Assembly (NCBI GenBank): GCA_964203275.1
Contig: CAXNMF010000012.1
Span: forward strand, 46,850-110,849
Source: Burkholderiales bacterium
GTDB lineage: Bacteria; Pseudomonadota; Gammaproteobacteria; Burkholderiales; SG8-41
Direction of reading: 5' to 3'
DNA length: 64,000 nucleotides
Numbering within the stretch: position 1 is the stretch's first letter; each line of letters starts with the position of its first letter. The notes beneath the pieces are model-generated. The model searched no databases, was not told the origin of the DNA, and was given only the letters and a program-made list of their open reading frames with translations. Below, piece by piece: positions 38,446 through 48,063 of the stretch. Position numbers and translations under genes: made by a program.

Positions 38446-39492
38446 TCATCTGGGGGACTGCAGTGCCGCCATCCGCTGCTTGCGCTCAGCCGCCGGCAAA
38501 CCTGCAAGTTCGCGCACGGCCGCATAAAACCGCCCGAGATCGTTGCCCTGCTGCTGGAGCATTGCCTCAAACGCCGGCACCTGCTGCGTGTAAATCGCGA
38601 CAGACGCAAGATGGGCATTTCCCAGCGACTGGGCGAACCATCGGTCATATCCGGCAAAACCACCCCAGTCCTGGCGTTGTGCCACATAGGCGTTTTTCAG
38701 AGCAGCGAAAACCTCCCCCTTGCGTCGGCGCTTTTCTTCGATTGAAGCATTGCCGGCATACAACTGCGCAAGATCACTGCGCGTGCGCGCGACCAGTTCA
38801 CGAAAATCGGCGCGGAAACGCTGCAGTTGCAAAAACCGCGCGCGATCTTCATCGCTGCCGTGTGCTGCGAGCCAGCGCGCCACACCGGCCTGCTCGACTA
38901 CAGTGGCGAAGGATTCATTGAACACGGTGTCGTCCTTGACGTAGACGACCTGGTGCGCAAGCTCGTGAAACAGCAGTCGCGCCAGTTCCGGTTCGGGATA
39001 GTGAACAAACGTATTGAGCACCTGGTCGGCAAACCAGCCGATCGTCGAATATGCAGGCACACCGCCGACATGCACATCGTAGCCCTCTGTTTTCAGCATT
39101 GCCGCATGGGAACGCGCTTCGGCTTCACTGAAATACCCGCGATAACCGACGCAGCCGGCGAATGGAAAACACCATTGTTTCGGTTCGACGGAAAACTCCG
39201 GCGCCGCAAAAACGTTCCACACCACAAACGGCCGCGCGAGATCGGCGTAGGACCGGTAACTGCGATTGTCGGGCAGACCGAGTTCGCGGCTGGCGTAGTC
39301 ACGGATGCGCAGCGCGCGTTCGAGCTGCGCTTTAGTCTTCGGATCCAGCGCAGGATCGGCAAGAATGCGCTCGATCGGCGCTTCGCGCTGCCAGATCTCC
39401 AACTGGCCACCCACCGAGTTCCAGTAATAGCCGATATTGCCGCAACCGGCGAGCGCCAGCACTCCAACCAGCAGCCACAGGCGGCGCATCAT
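38446..39492 (-). CDS. putative aminopeptidase lipoprotein (zinc HExxH type)
   Basis: 348 aa with lipobox LALAGC. WCFPFAGCVGYRGYF, and an HExxH in LLFHELAHQVVYVKDDTVFNESFA. Confidence 0.8.
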   Translation of the reverse strand: MMRRLWLLVGVLALAGCGNIGYYWNSVGGQLEIWQREAPIERILADPALDPKTKAQLERALRIRDYASRELGLPDNRSYRSYADLARPFVVWNVFAAPEFSVEPKQWCFPFAGCVGYRGYFSEAEARSHAAMLKTEGYDVHVGGVPAYSTIGWFADQVLNTFVHYPEPELARLLFHELAHQVVYVKDDTVFNESFATVVEQAGVARWLAAHGSDEDRARFLQLQRFRADFRELVARTRSDLAQLYAGNASIEEKRRRKGEVFAALKNAYVAQRQDWGGFAGYDRWFAQSLGNAHLASVAIYTQQVPAFEAMLQQQGNDLGRFYAAVRELAGLPAAERKQRMAALQSPR

Positions 39493-40133
39493 GATGCGAC
39501 AGGGTCAAAATGCCCGTTTCGCAGAAACGCACCGCATTGCCGGGCCACTTCGGAAGAGAACAGCATTTCAGTATGACTGACATGAACGGTGATCCGTTCC
39601 GTAACGCCGGGGATCACGGTTTCGTCGACAGCAACAACACCATCATGAGGTTCCGGCAGACCGGCGCCGATCATTGCACCAAGGCCAAGGCCGCGCGTGC
39701 CGGCGATCACTCCGGTTGCCTTCGCGCACACGCCGGGTCGCCGCTCACTGAGCCATTGCCGGATGCTGTTACCCAGCAGCAGTTCACCGCCGGGAAACTG
39801 CGCAAGCCTTTGCGCCGCCGCACTGCCCGTGTACGGCGTACCGAGCAGTATCAGCCGCTCGCATCGAATCTCCGGCGCCAGTTCGAGCATTTTCAGCGCC
39901 ACCAGTCCGCCCATGCTGTGCGCAATGATGTTCAGCCTGGGCACGGCCAAGCTTTTGCAGTGCTCGGCCAAACGTTCGGCGTTGTCCGTCAATGTCAGAC
40001 GCATCGACGGGTATGACCAGGTCTGCGCTGCAAAACCTTTTGCGGTCAGTTGGTGCGCGAGATATTCCATCACCAGGCCATGCACCCACAAGCCATGAAC
40101 AACGATCACCGGGGGAGATCGAGCGTCATTCAT
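39489..40133 (-). CDS. alpha/beta hydrolase (lipase/esterase-like)
   Basis: 214 aa with VIVVHGL and elbow AHSMGG. ATGA-type overlap with the downstream aminopeptidase gene. Confidence 0.8.
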   Translation of the reverse strand: MNDARSPPVIVVHGLWVHGLVMEYLAHQLTAKGFAAQTWSYPSMRLTLTDNAERLAEHCKSLAVPRLNIIAHSMGGLVALKMLELAPEIRCERLILLGTPYTGSAAAQRLAQFPGGELLLGNSIRQWLSERRPGVCAKATGVIAGTRGLGLGAMIGAGLPEPHDGVVAVDETVIPGVTERITVHVSHTEMLFSSEVARQCGAFLRNGHFDPVAS

Positions 40134-40162
40134 ATATTATTGATTCTATTGATTATTTTTAC

Positions 40163-40804
40163 TCAGATCCGGCGATCGCCAAAAATGGTGACACCGTCGG
40201 GGCCGAGATGCTCGGCATCACCCCACGCCCCCGCGCTCCAGTGGCTGCCGTCAAAGGCAAACCAGTTCAGACTGGCATTCACCAACGGCACCGGACGCTG
40301 TGCATCCAGCGCCAGTCCGGTGGCGGCGCGATAGGCGGAATCGAGCACCAGTCCGTGAGTCACGATAGCGATGGTTTCATCAGGATGGCGCAGAGCGAGT
40401 TCCTCCAGCGCTGTACGGCAGCGCGCAAAAAAATCCGCAGGGCTTTCACCGCCGGGTACCGCGTAATACGGATCACGCGACATGAAGCGTTCATAAGCCT
40501 CAGGTTCGCAGGCCTGCATTTCCTTCTGCGTCATGCCTTCGAAAACACCGAAGTGGCGTTCGCGCAGGCGTTCATCGGTAACGATGTCGTGCCCGGTGAC
40601 GATAGCGATCTGTTCAGCGGTTCGCGCGGCACGCGGGAGATCGCTGGAATAAAGCGTGGTGAAAGTCTGGGTTTTGAGGCGAATGCCGAGTTGCCGGGCC
40701 TGCCACAGTCCGCGTTCAGTCAGCGGGCTGTCGAGTTGGCCCTGCATGCGCCGTTCGGTATTCCACAGCGTTTCGCCGTGGCGGATCAGGATGAGTTGGG
40801 TCAT
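40163..40804 (-). CDS. histidine phosphatase family protein (GpmB-like)
   Basis: 213 aa. The N-terminal LILIRHGETLWN contains the RHG catalytic motif. Confidence 0.85.
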   Translation of the reverse strand: MTQLILIRHGETLWNTERRMQGQLDSPLTERGLWQARQLGIRLKTQTFTTLYSSDLPRAARTAEQIAIVTGHDIVTDERLRERHFGVFEGMTQKEMQACEPEAYERFMSRDPYYAVPGGESPADFFARCRTALEELALRHPDETIAIVTHGLVLDSAYRAATGLALDAQRPVPLVNASLNWFAFDGSHWSAGAWGDAEHLGPDGVTIFGDRRI

Positions 40805-40875
40805 TCGGAAAAAGGGGGCTGGTGGCTGGTAATGCGGTCAGGGTCCTGCTGATTGTACCGGTTATACTCGGTGCG

Positions 40876-41625
40876 ATGCCGATCACCGACCTGCTGCAAC
40901 CCGAAATCCTGATCCTCGCGCCGCTGATCGTGTTCGCGGCTTATGTGGTATTCGGCATTTCCGGTTTTGGTTCCACATTGATCGCCGTTCCATTGCTGGC
41001 GCACCTGCTCCCGCTGAAATTCGTCGTACCTTTTTTCGTGATTCTCGACTGCGTCGGCGCCTTCAACATGGGGCTGCGGCTGCGCGCGGATGTGATGCGC
41101 CGTGAATTGCTGTTGCTGATGCCGTTCATGGCACTGGGCATACTCGCCGGCGTCTGGCTACTGGTGCGGCTGCACCCGGAGCTGCTGCTGGGCGGCCTCG
41201 GAGTGTTTGTATTTCTGTTCGGAATTTCCTATGTAATGCGCAGCGGCAAAGGCTTTCCACTGCCGCGCTGGACTGCCGCGCCAATTGGCATATTCGGCGG
41301 CGCGACCTCGGCGGTCTTCGGCATCGGAGGCCCGATCCATGTGTTCTTCCTCGCGGGTCGCGGCGCCAACCCGACACAGATTCGCGCGACAATGCCTGTG
41401 GTCTTCATGTTCACCACGCTGGCGCGCATCGCGCTGTTCATTACCGCCGGTCTGTATTCGCCGGCAGCACTGGTTGCCGCTGCGGCACTGTTGCCGGTGA
41501 TGGCTTTGGGCATATGGGCCGGCCATCACCTGCATCTCAATCTGTCTCGGGAGGCCGTCATCCGCGTCATGGGCGGATTGCTGGTCATCAGCGGGATCTC
41601 GCTGATCGTCCGCGCGCTGACTTAA
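40876..41625 (+). CDS. TauE/SafE-family sulfite/anion exporter
   Basis: Multi-TM protein with VVFGISGFGSTLIAVPLL and a second GGATSAVFGIGGP repeat. Start chosen at ATG 40876 inside the longer ORF. Confidence 0.75.
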   Translation: MPITDLLQPEILILAPLIVFAAYVVFGISGFGSTLIAVPLLAHLLPLKFVVPFFVILDCVGAFNMGLRLRADVMRRELLLLMPFMALGILAGVWLLVRLHPELLLGGLGVFVFLFGISYVMRSGKGFPLPRWTAAPIGIFGGATSAVFGIGGPIHVFFLAGRGANPTQIRATMPVVFMFTTLARIALFITAGLYSPAALVAAAALLPVMALGIWAGHHLHLNLSREAVIRVMGGLLVISGISLIVRALT

Positions 41626-41673
41626 TTAATATCAAGGGCCACCCGCATTTTCATGCGTTGCGGCTGCTGCACA

Positions 41674-42108
41674 TCAGATCAGTTCGCGCAGAATCTGCTC
41701 GCGCCTGTAGGACTCCGATGCAAACTCTTCCAGATCAGGATCAAGCGCATTGCGTGCGGAAACCATGCCGACCGGGATCCCGTTTTCGGTCACCGGCATG
41801 TGGCGAAAACCGTTTTTCTGCATCAGCACCAAAGCCAGACCAAAGGATTTTTCAGGATCAATGGTTATCGGTGAGGGCGTCATGACTTCGGAGAGCAGCG
41901 TTTTCTCTGCCTCACGTCCCTGCGCAATCACACGAAACACCACGTCGCGCTCGGTAAAAATCCCGACCAGCTTTTCCTTGCGCGTCACCATGACGGCCCC
42001 AACCTTCCGTCGCGCCATCAACCGAGACGCCTCGCCGACCGTTGCCTCCGGAGGAGCGGTCAGCAAATTATTGCGCTCCATGAGACTGCCAACCCTCTCA
42101 CTGAACAT
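41674..42108 (-). CDS. CBS domain pair protein
   Basis: 144 aa with two CBS repeats (VGAVMVT...LVGIFTERD and FRHMPVTENGIPVGMVSARN). Confidence 0.85.
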   Translation of the reverse strand: MFSERVGSLMERNNLLTAPPEATVGEASRLMARRKVGAVMVTRKEKLVGIFTERDVVFRVIAQGREAEKTLLSEVMTPSPITIDPEKSFGLALVLMQKNGFRHMPVTENGIPVGMVSARNALDPDLEEFASESYRREQILRELI

Positions 42109-42225
42109 CGCCGCTCCTTCGACCGAAAACTGCTGTGTTGACCTGCGGGATATGCCATTGCCGGACTGCGACAGATAAAACCCGCTCCTCGCCCAGCATG
42201 CTATGAGGTCATTGGATCGGGACTT

Positions 42226-42239
42226 TGACCCAAGTCAAA
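42226..42239. promoter_or_regulatory. FNR/FixK/Dnr-like box TTGAC-CCAA-GTCAA
   Basis: Core of a perfect 9-bp inverted repeat GACTTTGAC-CCAA-GTCAAAGTC (42221-42242), ~115-130 nt upstream of the CBS gene start (42108). Confidence 0.4.
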
Positions 42240-42302
42240 GTCGAATGAGAATTCTGAAGTGGAAGCCGGCACAGTCGAACCGGCAATATATTCCGGGATG
42301 CG

Positions 42303-43511
42303 TTACCGCCGCAGAAACCGGGCAATCCTGTCCACGCCCTCGCGCAGCACCTCAACCGGACGGGTATAGGCAAACCGTAGATGTTCGGCTGCAGCGTACA
42401 CTCCGAAGTCGATGCCCGGTGTTATCGCGACACCCGCCTCTTCCAGCAGATCGCTCGCAAACATAAAGCTGTCCGAGGTAAACGCAGCGCAGTTTGCATA
42501 GATGTAAAAAGCACCCTGCGGACGCTGCGCAACAGCAAAACCCAGGTCACGCAATGCGGGCAACAGATAGTCACGGCGCTTGCGGAATTCATCTCGTCGC
42601 GCATCCAGCAGCGCCAGCGTTTCCGGCTCAAATGCGGCCAGTGCCGCAAATTGCGATGGCGTCGGGGCTGCCAGAAAAACGTTTTGTGCAATACGGTCGA
42701 CCGCATCGACATAACGCTCGGGCGCCACCAGCCAGCCCAGCCGCCAGCCGGTCATGTTGAAATACTTCGAGAAACTGTTGATGACAAACACGTCATCCCG
42801 CGATTGAAGTGCGGTCTGCGCGGGATCTTCATACACCAGACCGTGGTAGATCTCGTCGACGATCAGGGCCCCACCACGTCCGGCCGCAAATGCAGCCATC
42901 GCCTGCAACTCATCCGGCGGGATCAGCGTACCTGTCGGATTGGACGGTGTCGCAACCAGCGCCGCAGCCGTGCGCCGCCCCCAGTGCTGCTCCAGATGCG
43001 CACGACGCAGCTGGTAATTGCTGTCCGGGCCGACCGCGATACCCACCGGCACACCATCCATCAACCGCACGAAATGGCGGTTGGCCGGATATCCGGGATC
43101 GGCGAGCAATACCTCGTCGCCGGGATTGACCAGAACGGATGTTGCCAACAACAGCGCGCCGGAAGCGCCGGGGGTGACGATGATTCGTTCAGTTGCGACC
43201 TCAACACCGTAACGACTTTTGTAAAAAGCGGCGATAGCCTGCCGCAGTGCCGGCAGGCCCGTCGCCGGGGTGTAAAAAGTGTCACCCCGCTCGATGGCTT
43301 TCGCACCGGCAAGGCGGATCGGTTCCGGCGTCATGAAGTCCGGCTCTCCGATTTCCATGTGGATGATGCTGCGGCCAGTCGCTTCAAGCTCCCGCGCCCG
43401 TGCGAGCAAGGCCATCACATGAAATGGCTCGATGTGACCGACGCGCTGCGCCAGCGGCCAGTCTTTGCGGGAGACAACGGTTCTATCTGGATCCGGATTC
43501 TGATCGGTCAC
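42303..43511 (-). CDS. class I/II PLP-dependent aminotransferase
   Basis: Homology begins near VTDQNPDPDR. IHMEIGEPDF, NPTGT, SFSKYFNMTGWRLGW (the PLP Lys region). Start tentatively GTG 43511; the ORF-track 5' extension is not homologous. Confidence 0.85.
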   Translation of the reverse strand: MTDQNPDPDRTVVSRKDWPLAQRVGHIEPFHVMALLARARELEATGRSIIHMEIGEPDFMTPEPIRLAGAKAIERGDTFYTPATGLPALRQAIAAFYKSRYGVEVATERIIVTPGASGALLLATSVLVNPGDEVLLADPGYPANRHFVRLMDGVPVGIAVGPDSNYQLRRAHLEQHWGRRTAAALVATPSNPTGTLIPPDELQAMAAFAAGRGGALIVDEIYHGLVYEDPAQTALQSRDDVFVINSFSKYFNMTGWRLGWLVAPERYVDAVDRIAQNVFLAAPTPSQFAALAAFEPETLALLDARRDEFRKRRDYLLPALRDLGFAVAQRPQGAFYIYANCAAFTSDSFMFASDLLEEAGVAITPGIDFGVYAAAEHLRFAYTRPVEVLREGVDRIARFLRR

Positions 43512-43548
43512 GATGAGGAATGCATAAACATAGAGTTTCGACACTAGC

Positions 43549-43576
43549 AAAAAAACACGGGGCCCGCGGGCCCCGT
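43549..43576 (-). terminator. rho-independent terminator downstream of the dienelactone hydrolase gene
   Basis: Minus-strand reading is ACGGGGCCCGCGGGCCCCGT followed by GTTTTTTTG, ~25 nt after the stop at 43600. Confidence 0.6.
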
Positions 43577-43599
43577 ATCGTTGAAGGGTGCAGAAAAGT

Positions 43600-44480
43600 T
43601 CAGACGCCGTTTTTCCTGAACCATTCGGTGGCGCGTTTCCAGCCGTCTTCTGCCTGCGCCTTGCGGAAACTCGGCCGGTAGTCGGCATGGAAGGCATGCG
43701 GTGTATCGGGATAGAGATGGATCATCGACGGCTTGCCTTTTTCTTTCAAGGCGGCATTCATTTTTCGACGGTATCGTTGGGAATTCCGGCGTCGGCGCCG
43801 CCGTAGAGTCCGAGTACTGGCGCATTGATCTGATCCACGAGCTCGATCGGATGTTTCGGCGTCATCTCGGTCGACTGTCCGACGAGACGTCCATACCAGG
43901 CCACGCCGGCTTTGACGTTTTTGTTATGTGCCGTGTAGAGCCAGGTGATGCGGCCACCCCAGCAGAAACCGGTGATGCCAAGGCGTTTGCCGTCTGCACC
44001 GTTTTTGCCTGCCCAGGCCACGGCAGCATCGAGATCGCTCATCACCTGCGCATCCGGCACGAAGTTGACGACCTTGGCGAAAATTTCCTTGTTGTCTTTC
44101 AGTTGCGAAACATCACCCTGGCGGAAAAACATTTCCGGCGCAATCGCCAGATATCCCAGCTTGGCAAAACGGCGGCAGACATCCTTGATATGTTCGTGCA
44201 CGCCGAAGATTTCCTGCACCACCAGAATGGTCGCCAGATTTTTGCCGTTGGCCGGCATTGCGCGATAACCCGGAATGTCGCCGTTGGAAGTAGGAATCTT
44301 GATTTCGCCGGCAGTCAGGCCGTTGGTATCGGTGGTGATCATCGTTTGCGCGCACACCGGCTGCACGGCCAGCGCAAATCCCGCCGCCAGCGAGCCGGCA
44401 ACAAATTCACGGCGTGTTACGGTCGTGCGGTTGGAAACCAGGGCAAGCATGTCCTCACGCAGCATGTCGTTCATGGTCAT
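43600..44480 (-). pseudogene. dienelactone hydrolase family protein with Tat-like leader; one frameshift in an A-run (or assembly indel)
   Basis: [18 protein letters not shown] leader, [20 protein letters not shown] and GFCWGG. The frame ends at ...IPNDTVEK* (stop 43758-43760), but the conserved tail [32 protein letters not shown]...WFRKNGV continues in the next frame. The break is at the T5 run 43761-43765, and the length is one base short of a multiple of 3. Confidence 0.8.
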
Positions 44481-44604
44481 CTCCGGATAAAGGAAGGAAA
44501 AACAGAGCGGCAAAGACTAGGGCAAAGGTTACAAATTGACAAGGCACAAGCGTGCCGCCGGTGTTATTCCAGCGGCACAAAACCCTGAGTCGGTCAGGGT
44601 TACG

Positions 44605-45969
44605 TCAATTCTTAGGAACAGGCTTGTAGTCGTCGGGAGCACCCGGGGGAATTGGCGGATTGCGCTTCAACCCTTCCTGGAAGTCGTGAATCATGCGGCG
44701 GATCGGCGTGCGCGCCCAACCCGCGATCGTATTGACGTCAGTTTCTTCCTTCGGATCCTGAATCAGATTGAACAACAGCGGAGATTCAAGGTGGTTGGCG
44801 CCGGCATTGGGTTCAGGCTCCCAAACCAGGTGCATTTTCCAGTCGCGCCATTTGGCAGCCCGCATTTCGGATTTGATGTAAAAAACCAGTCCTTCGCGTG
44901 CAGATTTTTCGTTCTGCCCTGTAAAAAACGCGCGCTGGTCCAGCCCGTCGATCGGACGGTCGGAAGGCACATCGGCCCCAGCCCAAAGGGCCAGCGTCGA
45001 GAACAGGTCAGTGACCTGCACGATCTCGTTCGAAACCCGCCCGGCCGGAATGCGACCGGGCCAGCGCAAGATGCACGGCGCGCGCAACCCGCCTTCCATG
45101 GCAGTGTGATAGGTGCCCTGCCACATCCCGGCCGAGCCACGCCAGGGACGACGGAACTCCGGGCCGTTGTCGCTGGCGAAAATGAACAAAGTGTTTTCTG
45201 CAGTGCCCAGCCGGTTGACGGTATCAAGCAGTTGCCCGACGCGATGATCCATCTCCACCATCACGTCGGCAAAATCACCAGCGCCGGTCCGTCCCTCGAA
45301 ATCGCGGTGCGGTATGGTGGGGTAATGCATCTGGGTAATGGGCAAATAAGCGAAAAATGGTACGCCGGCCTCATGCTGGCGAGTAATGAATTCTGCTGAG
45401 CGTTCAAACAGGTCGCTATCGATGCGCCGGCGCATCTCCAGATCGTAGATGGCCACTTCGCGCGGAATTTCACCGGCCCTGGCTTCAAGCACGTACGGCA
45501 GCGGCGTGACCTTCGGGTCATACCCCGGCGTGCTGGTGAACATGCTCTCGTTGGTGGTCCGCGGAATGCCATACCACTCGTCGAAGCCTCGATCCGTAGG
45601 AAAGCGTCCCGGGCGATCGCCGAGGTGCCACTTGCCATGTATCGCAGTGGCATAGCCCTGCGCCTTCAACAGCTGCGCCAGCGTGATCTCCCAGGGAATG
45701 ATGCCCTGCGGCAAACCCGCAGGCACCGACTGCTGGGCGCCGGTGCGAATCGGATGGCGCCCGGTCATCAACGCCGAACGCGTCGGCACGCAATCCGACT
45801 CGATATTGAAGTTCAGCAGCCGCAGGCCTTCCCCTCCCAGCGCGTCAATGCGCGGCGTCGGCGCACCACGCAGCGCGCCGCCGCCGTAACATCCAAGTTC
45901 GCCCCAGCCGAGGTTGTCAGCGAGGATCAACACAATGTTGGGACGGGGAGTCGGTTTCGATACAGCCAT
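44605..45969 (-). CDS. arylsulfatase (Cys-type, no signal peptide)
   Basis: Start at ATG 45969 with AGGAGAA upstream. NIVLILADNLGWGELGCYGG, and the formylglycine motif CVPTRSALMTGR. Confidence 0.85.
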   Translation of the reverse strand: MAVSKPTPRPNIVLILADNLGWGELGCYGGGALRGAPTPRIDALGGEGLRLLNFNIESDCVPTRSALMTGRHPIRTGAQQSVPAGLPQGIIPWEITLAQLLKAQGYATAIHGKWHLGDRPGRFPTDRGFDEWYGIPRTTNESMFTSTPGYDPKVTPLPYVLEARAGEIPREVAIYDLEMRRRIDSDLFERSAEFITRQHEAGVPFFAYLPITQMHYPTIPHRDFEGRTGAGDFADVMVEMDHRVGQLLDTVNRLGTAENTLFIFASDNGPEFRRPWRGSAGMWQGTYHTAMEGGLRAPCILRWPGRIPAGRVSNEIVQVTDLFSTLALWAGADVPSDRPIDGLDQRAFFTGQNEKSAREGLVFYIKSEMRAAKWRDWKMHLVWEPEPNAGANHLESPLLFNLIQDPKEETDVNTIAGWARTPIRRMIHDFQEGLKRNPPIPPGAPDDYKPVPKN

Positions 45970-46025
45970 TTCAGGTTCTCCTGGAGTAACGGGTCTGGGA
46001 AAGCAGTTTTTCGTTCTGTGCAAAC

Positions 46026-46928
46026 TTAAAGGGGCTCGGGTTCGGCACCCTCTAGTACCGGGCGCTCGCGGCCCCGGGGACGGTACTTCAGGCGCAGACG
46101 GCCCAATTGGCGGCCGAATTTCGAGTCAAGCTGGCTGCCGAACGCCGCATGGATTTCCGCAAGATAGACCTCATGCAGCAGCAGCGTCTCGATCACATAG
46201 ACAATCGAGTAATCCCGCGCAAAAGAAGCCTTGGGGGTTCCGGAAAAAGACGCGATCAACATGCCTTCGCTGTCGACGGTCGCAGTAAGCATACGGTCCG
46301 ATGGCGGACCATGCGGTTCGCCATCCCCTTCGTGCGGAATCAGTTGGAGTCGCTTGTGCGGCTTCAGACCCGGAACAGCCTTGCCGAACACGATCAGTCG
46401 CACCATCACACCGCGGCTTGCCGCATCAGCAAGAGCAGCAGCATGCGGCTCGATCAGCCCGACCGGTGCTTTCATCCAGATGTGATCACGCGCACTCTCG
46501 ATCATCTCCGTGAGTTTGCGCCGGACATCCTGCTCACCCCGAAAAATCGAAACGTAAGCATTTTCGGCGGACTTTGCACTTTGGCGCATCGCCCGAACCA
46601 CGTCCTCACACAGGTCGCTGGTGTCGCGCTGGACACCGCGAAAAAACTGCTCAGGGTCGACCGGGACATAACGCACGGGATTTTCTGTAACCGGCTGGAT
46701 CGCACCCCGCGCCTCCAACGCATGCAGAGTGGCGTAGACATTGGCCCTCGGTAAAACCGCCTTCTTGGCGATCTCGTAGGCGGTTGCCGGCTGAGTCGCG
46801 GACAGCGCCGCATAGGCGCGTGCTTCGTAATCGGTAAAGCCGAGCCGGCGCAAGGCGTCCGCCAGCGGTGTTCCTGCGCGCACGGGAAGAGCACCGAGCT
46901 TTTTCTTTTTTTGAGAAATATGTGGCAT
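46026..46928 (-). CDS. TrmB-family transcriptional regulator
   Basis: N-terminal wHTH LGFTDYEARAYAALSATQPATAYEIAKKAVLPRANVYATLHALEARG, followed by a ~200 aa effector domain. Confidence 0.7.
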   Translation of the reverse strand: MPHISQKKKKLGALPVRAGTPLADALRRLGFTDYEARAYAALSATQPATAYEIAKKAVLPRANVYATLHALEARGAIQPVTENPVRYVPVDPEQFFRGVQRDTSDLCEDVVRAMRQSAKSAENAYVSIFRGEQDVRRKLTEMIESARDHIWMKAPVGLIEPHAAALADAASRGVMVRLIVFGKAVPGLKPHKRLQLIPHEGDGEPHGPPSDRMLTATVDSEGMLIASFSGTPKASFARDYSIVYVIETLLLHEVYLAEIHAAFGSQLDSKFGRQLGRLRLKYRPRGRERPVLEGAEPEPL

Positions 46929-47037
46929 AGTAGTTGCTAATGCTACTTCCAATGATCTCCAATGGCAAAAGCCATCATGCCTGCAGACAACTGCCGCAGG
47001 CCGGGATCACGAATATAACCTGTTGAAAGGAATGCAA

Positions 47038-48024
47038 ATGATTCTGCCGCGCGTCCTGCCGATCCGCTTCGCCATTACTGCTTCAGTGCTGACTATCGCA
47101 CTGTTTCCGCTCGCCGAGCAGGCAACTGCCCAATCCTGGCCCAGCCGTCCTATGCGACTGGTCGTGCCTTACGTGCCCGGCGGCGCCACCGATCTGGTTT
47201 CGCGAATCGTCGGCGAGCAACTGACCATCCGTCTAGGCCAGCAGGTGGTGATCGACAACCGCCCTGGCGCCACCGGCACCATCGCCTTCACCAGCGTTGC
47301 CGCTGCCGAGGCCGACGGTTATACGATGATCACCACGGCCGATTCACTGACTGTGGTGCCGTTCTCCTACAAAAACCTGAAATTCGATCCGCGCAGCAGT
47401 TTTTCCCCGATATCCACCATGTCCACCCAGCCCCTGGTGCTCGCCGTTCATTCCGCAGTGCCTGCAAAGGGCGTGAAGGAGTTCATCGCCCTCGCCAAAA
47501 CCCGATCACTGTCATTTGCCACCTCGGGCACCGGAACCTCCCAGCACCTGTCGGGCGAACTGATCAAGAAAATCACCGGCATCGAGATGGTGCATATCCC
47601 GTACAAGGGCGGCGGACAGGCGATCATCGACCTCAGCGGCGGTCAGGTGCCGGCTGCGGTCCTCGGCTCATCCACGGTGATCCCGCAGCACAAGGCCGGG
47701 CGGGTCCGGATACTCGCGGTGACTTCAAAGAAACGCTCTGCCGTTCTGTCCGATATACCTACGCTGGATGAATCCGGATTGAAGGGATTCGATGTATATC
47801 AATGGACAGCAATGCTCGCGCCGGCAAAAACACCGAAAGCGGTCATCAGCCGGCTGAACACCGAGGTCAATTCCATCCTCAAGCAACCCGCTGCACGCGA
47901 CAAGTTACAGGCCGCAGGCTTCGAAGCACAGCCGAGCACCCCCGAGGAAGTTTCAAAACTGATCAGCGACGGGATGGCACGCTGGGGCAAACTGATCCAG
48001 GAACTCAAGCTGGATCTGCGCTAA
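47038..48024 (+). CDS. Bug/TctC-family substrate-binding protein
   Basis: Signal peptide, then WPSRPMRLVVPYVPGGATD and Bug blocks. Start could be 47023 (TTG), 47032 or 47038; AAAGGA precedes 47038. Confidence 0.9.
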   Translation: MILPRVLPIRFAITASVLTIALFPLAEQATAQSWPSRPMRLVVPYVPGGATDLVSRIVGEQLTIRLGQQVVIDNRPGATGTIAFTSVAAAEADGYTMITTADSLTVVPFSYKNLKFDPRSSFSPISTMSTQPLVLAVHSAVPAKGVKEFIALAKTRSLSFATSGTGTSQHLSGELIKKITGIEMVHIPYKGGGQAIIDLSGGQVPAAVLGSSTVIPQHKAGRVRILAVTSKKRSAVLSDIPTLDESGLKGFDVYQWTAMLAPAKTPKAVISRLNTEVNSILKQPAARDKLQAAGFEAQPSTPEEVSKLISDGMARWGKLIQELKLDLR

Positions 48025-48063
48025 ACCGACCTTCTTTTACGACCATTCTGTGCCGAGGCATCC

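Noticed and set aside
40134-40162. Direct TTGAT repeats (ttattgattctattgattattttt) between the histidine phosphatase and lipase-like genes, considered as an FNR/CRP-type site.
   Set aside because: The half-sites are direct, not inverted. The spacer sits inside an operon and is simply AT-rich.
44605-46952. Arylsulfatase plus TrmB-type regulator considered as part of a novel sulfatase maturation system.
   Set aside because: No formylglycine-generating enzyme or anaerobic sulfatase-maturating radical-SAM gene is adjacent. This is an ordinary enzyme-regulator pair.
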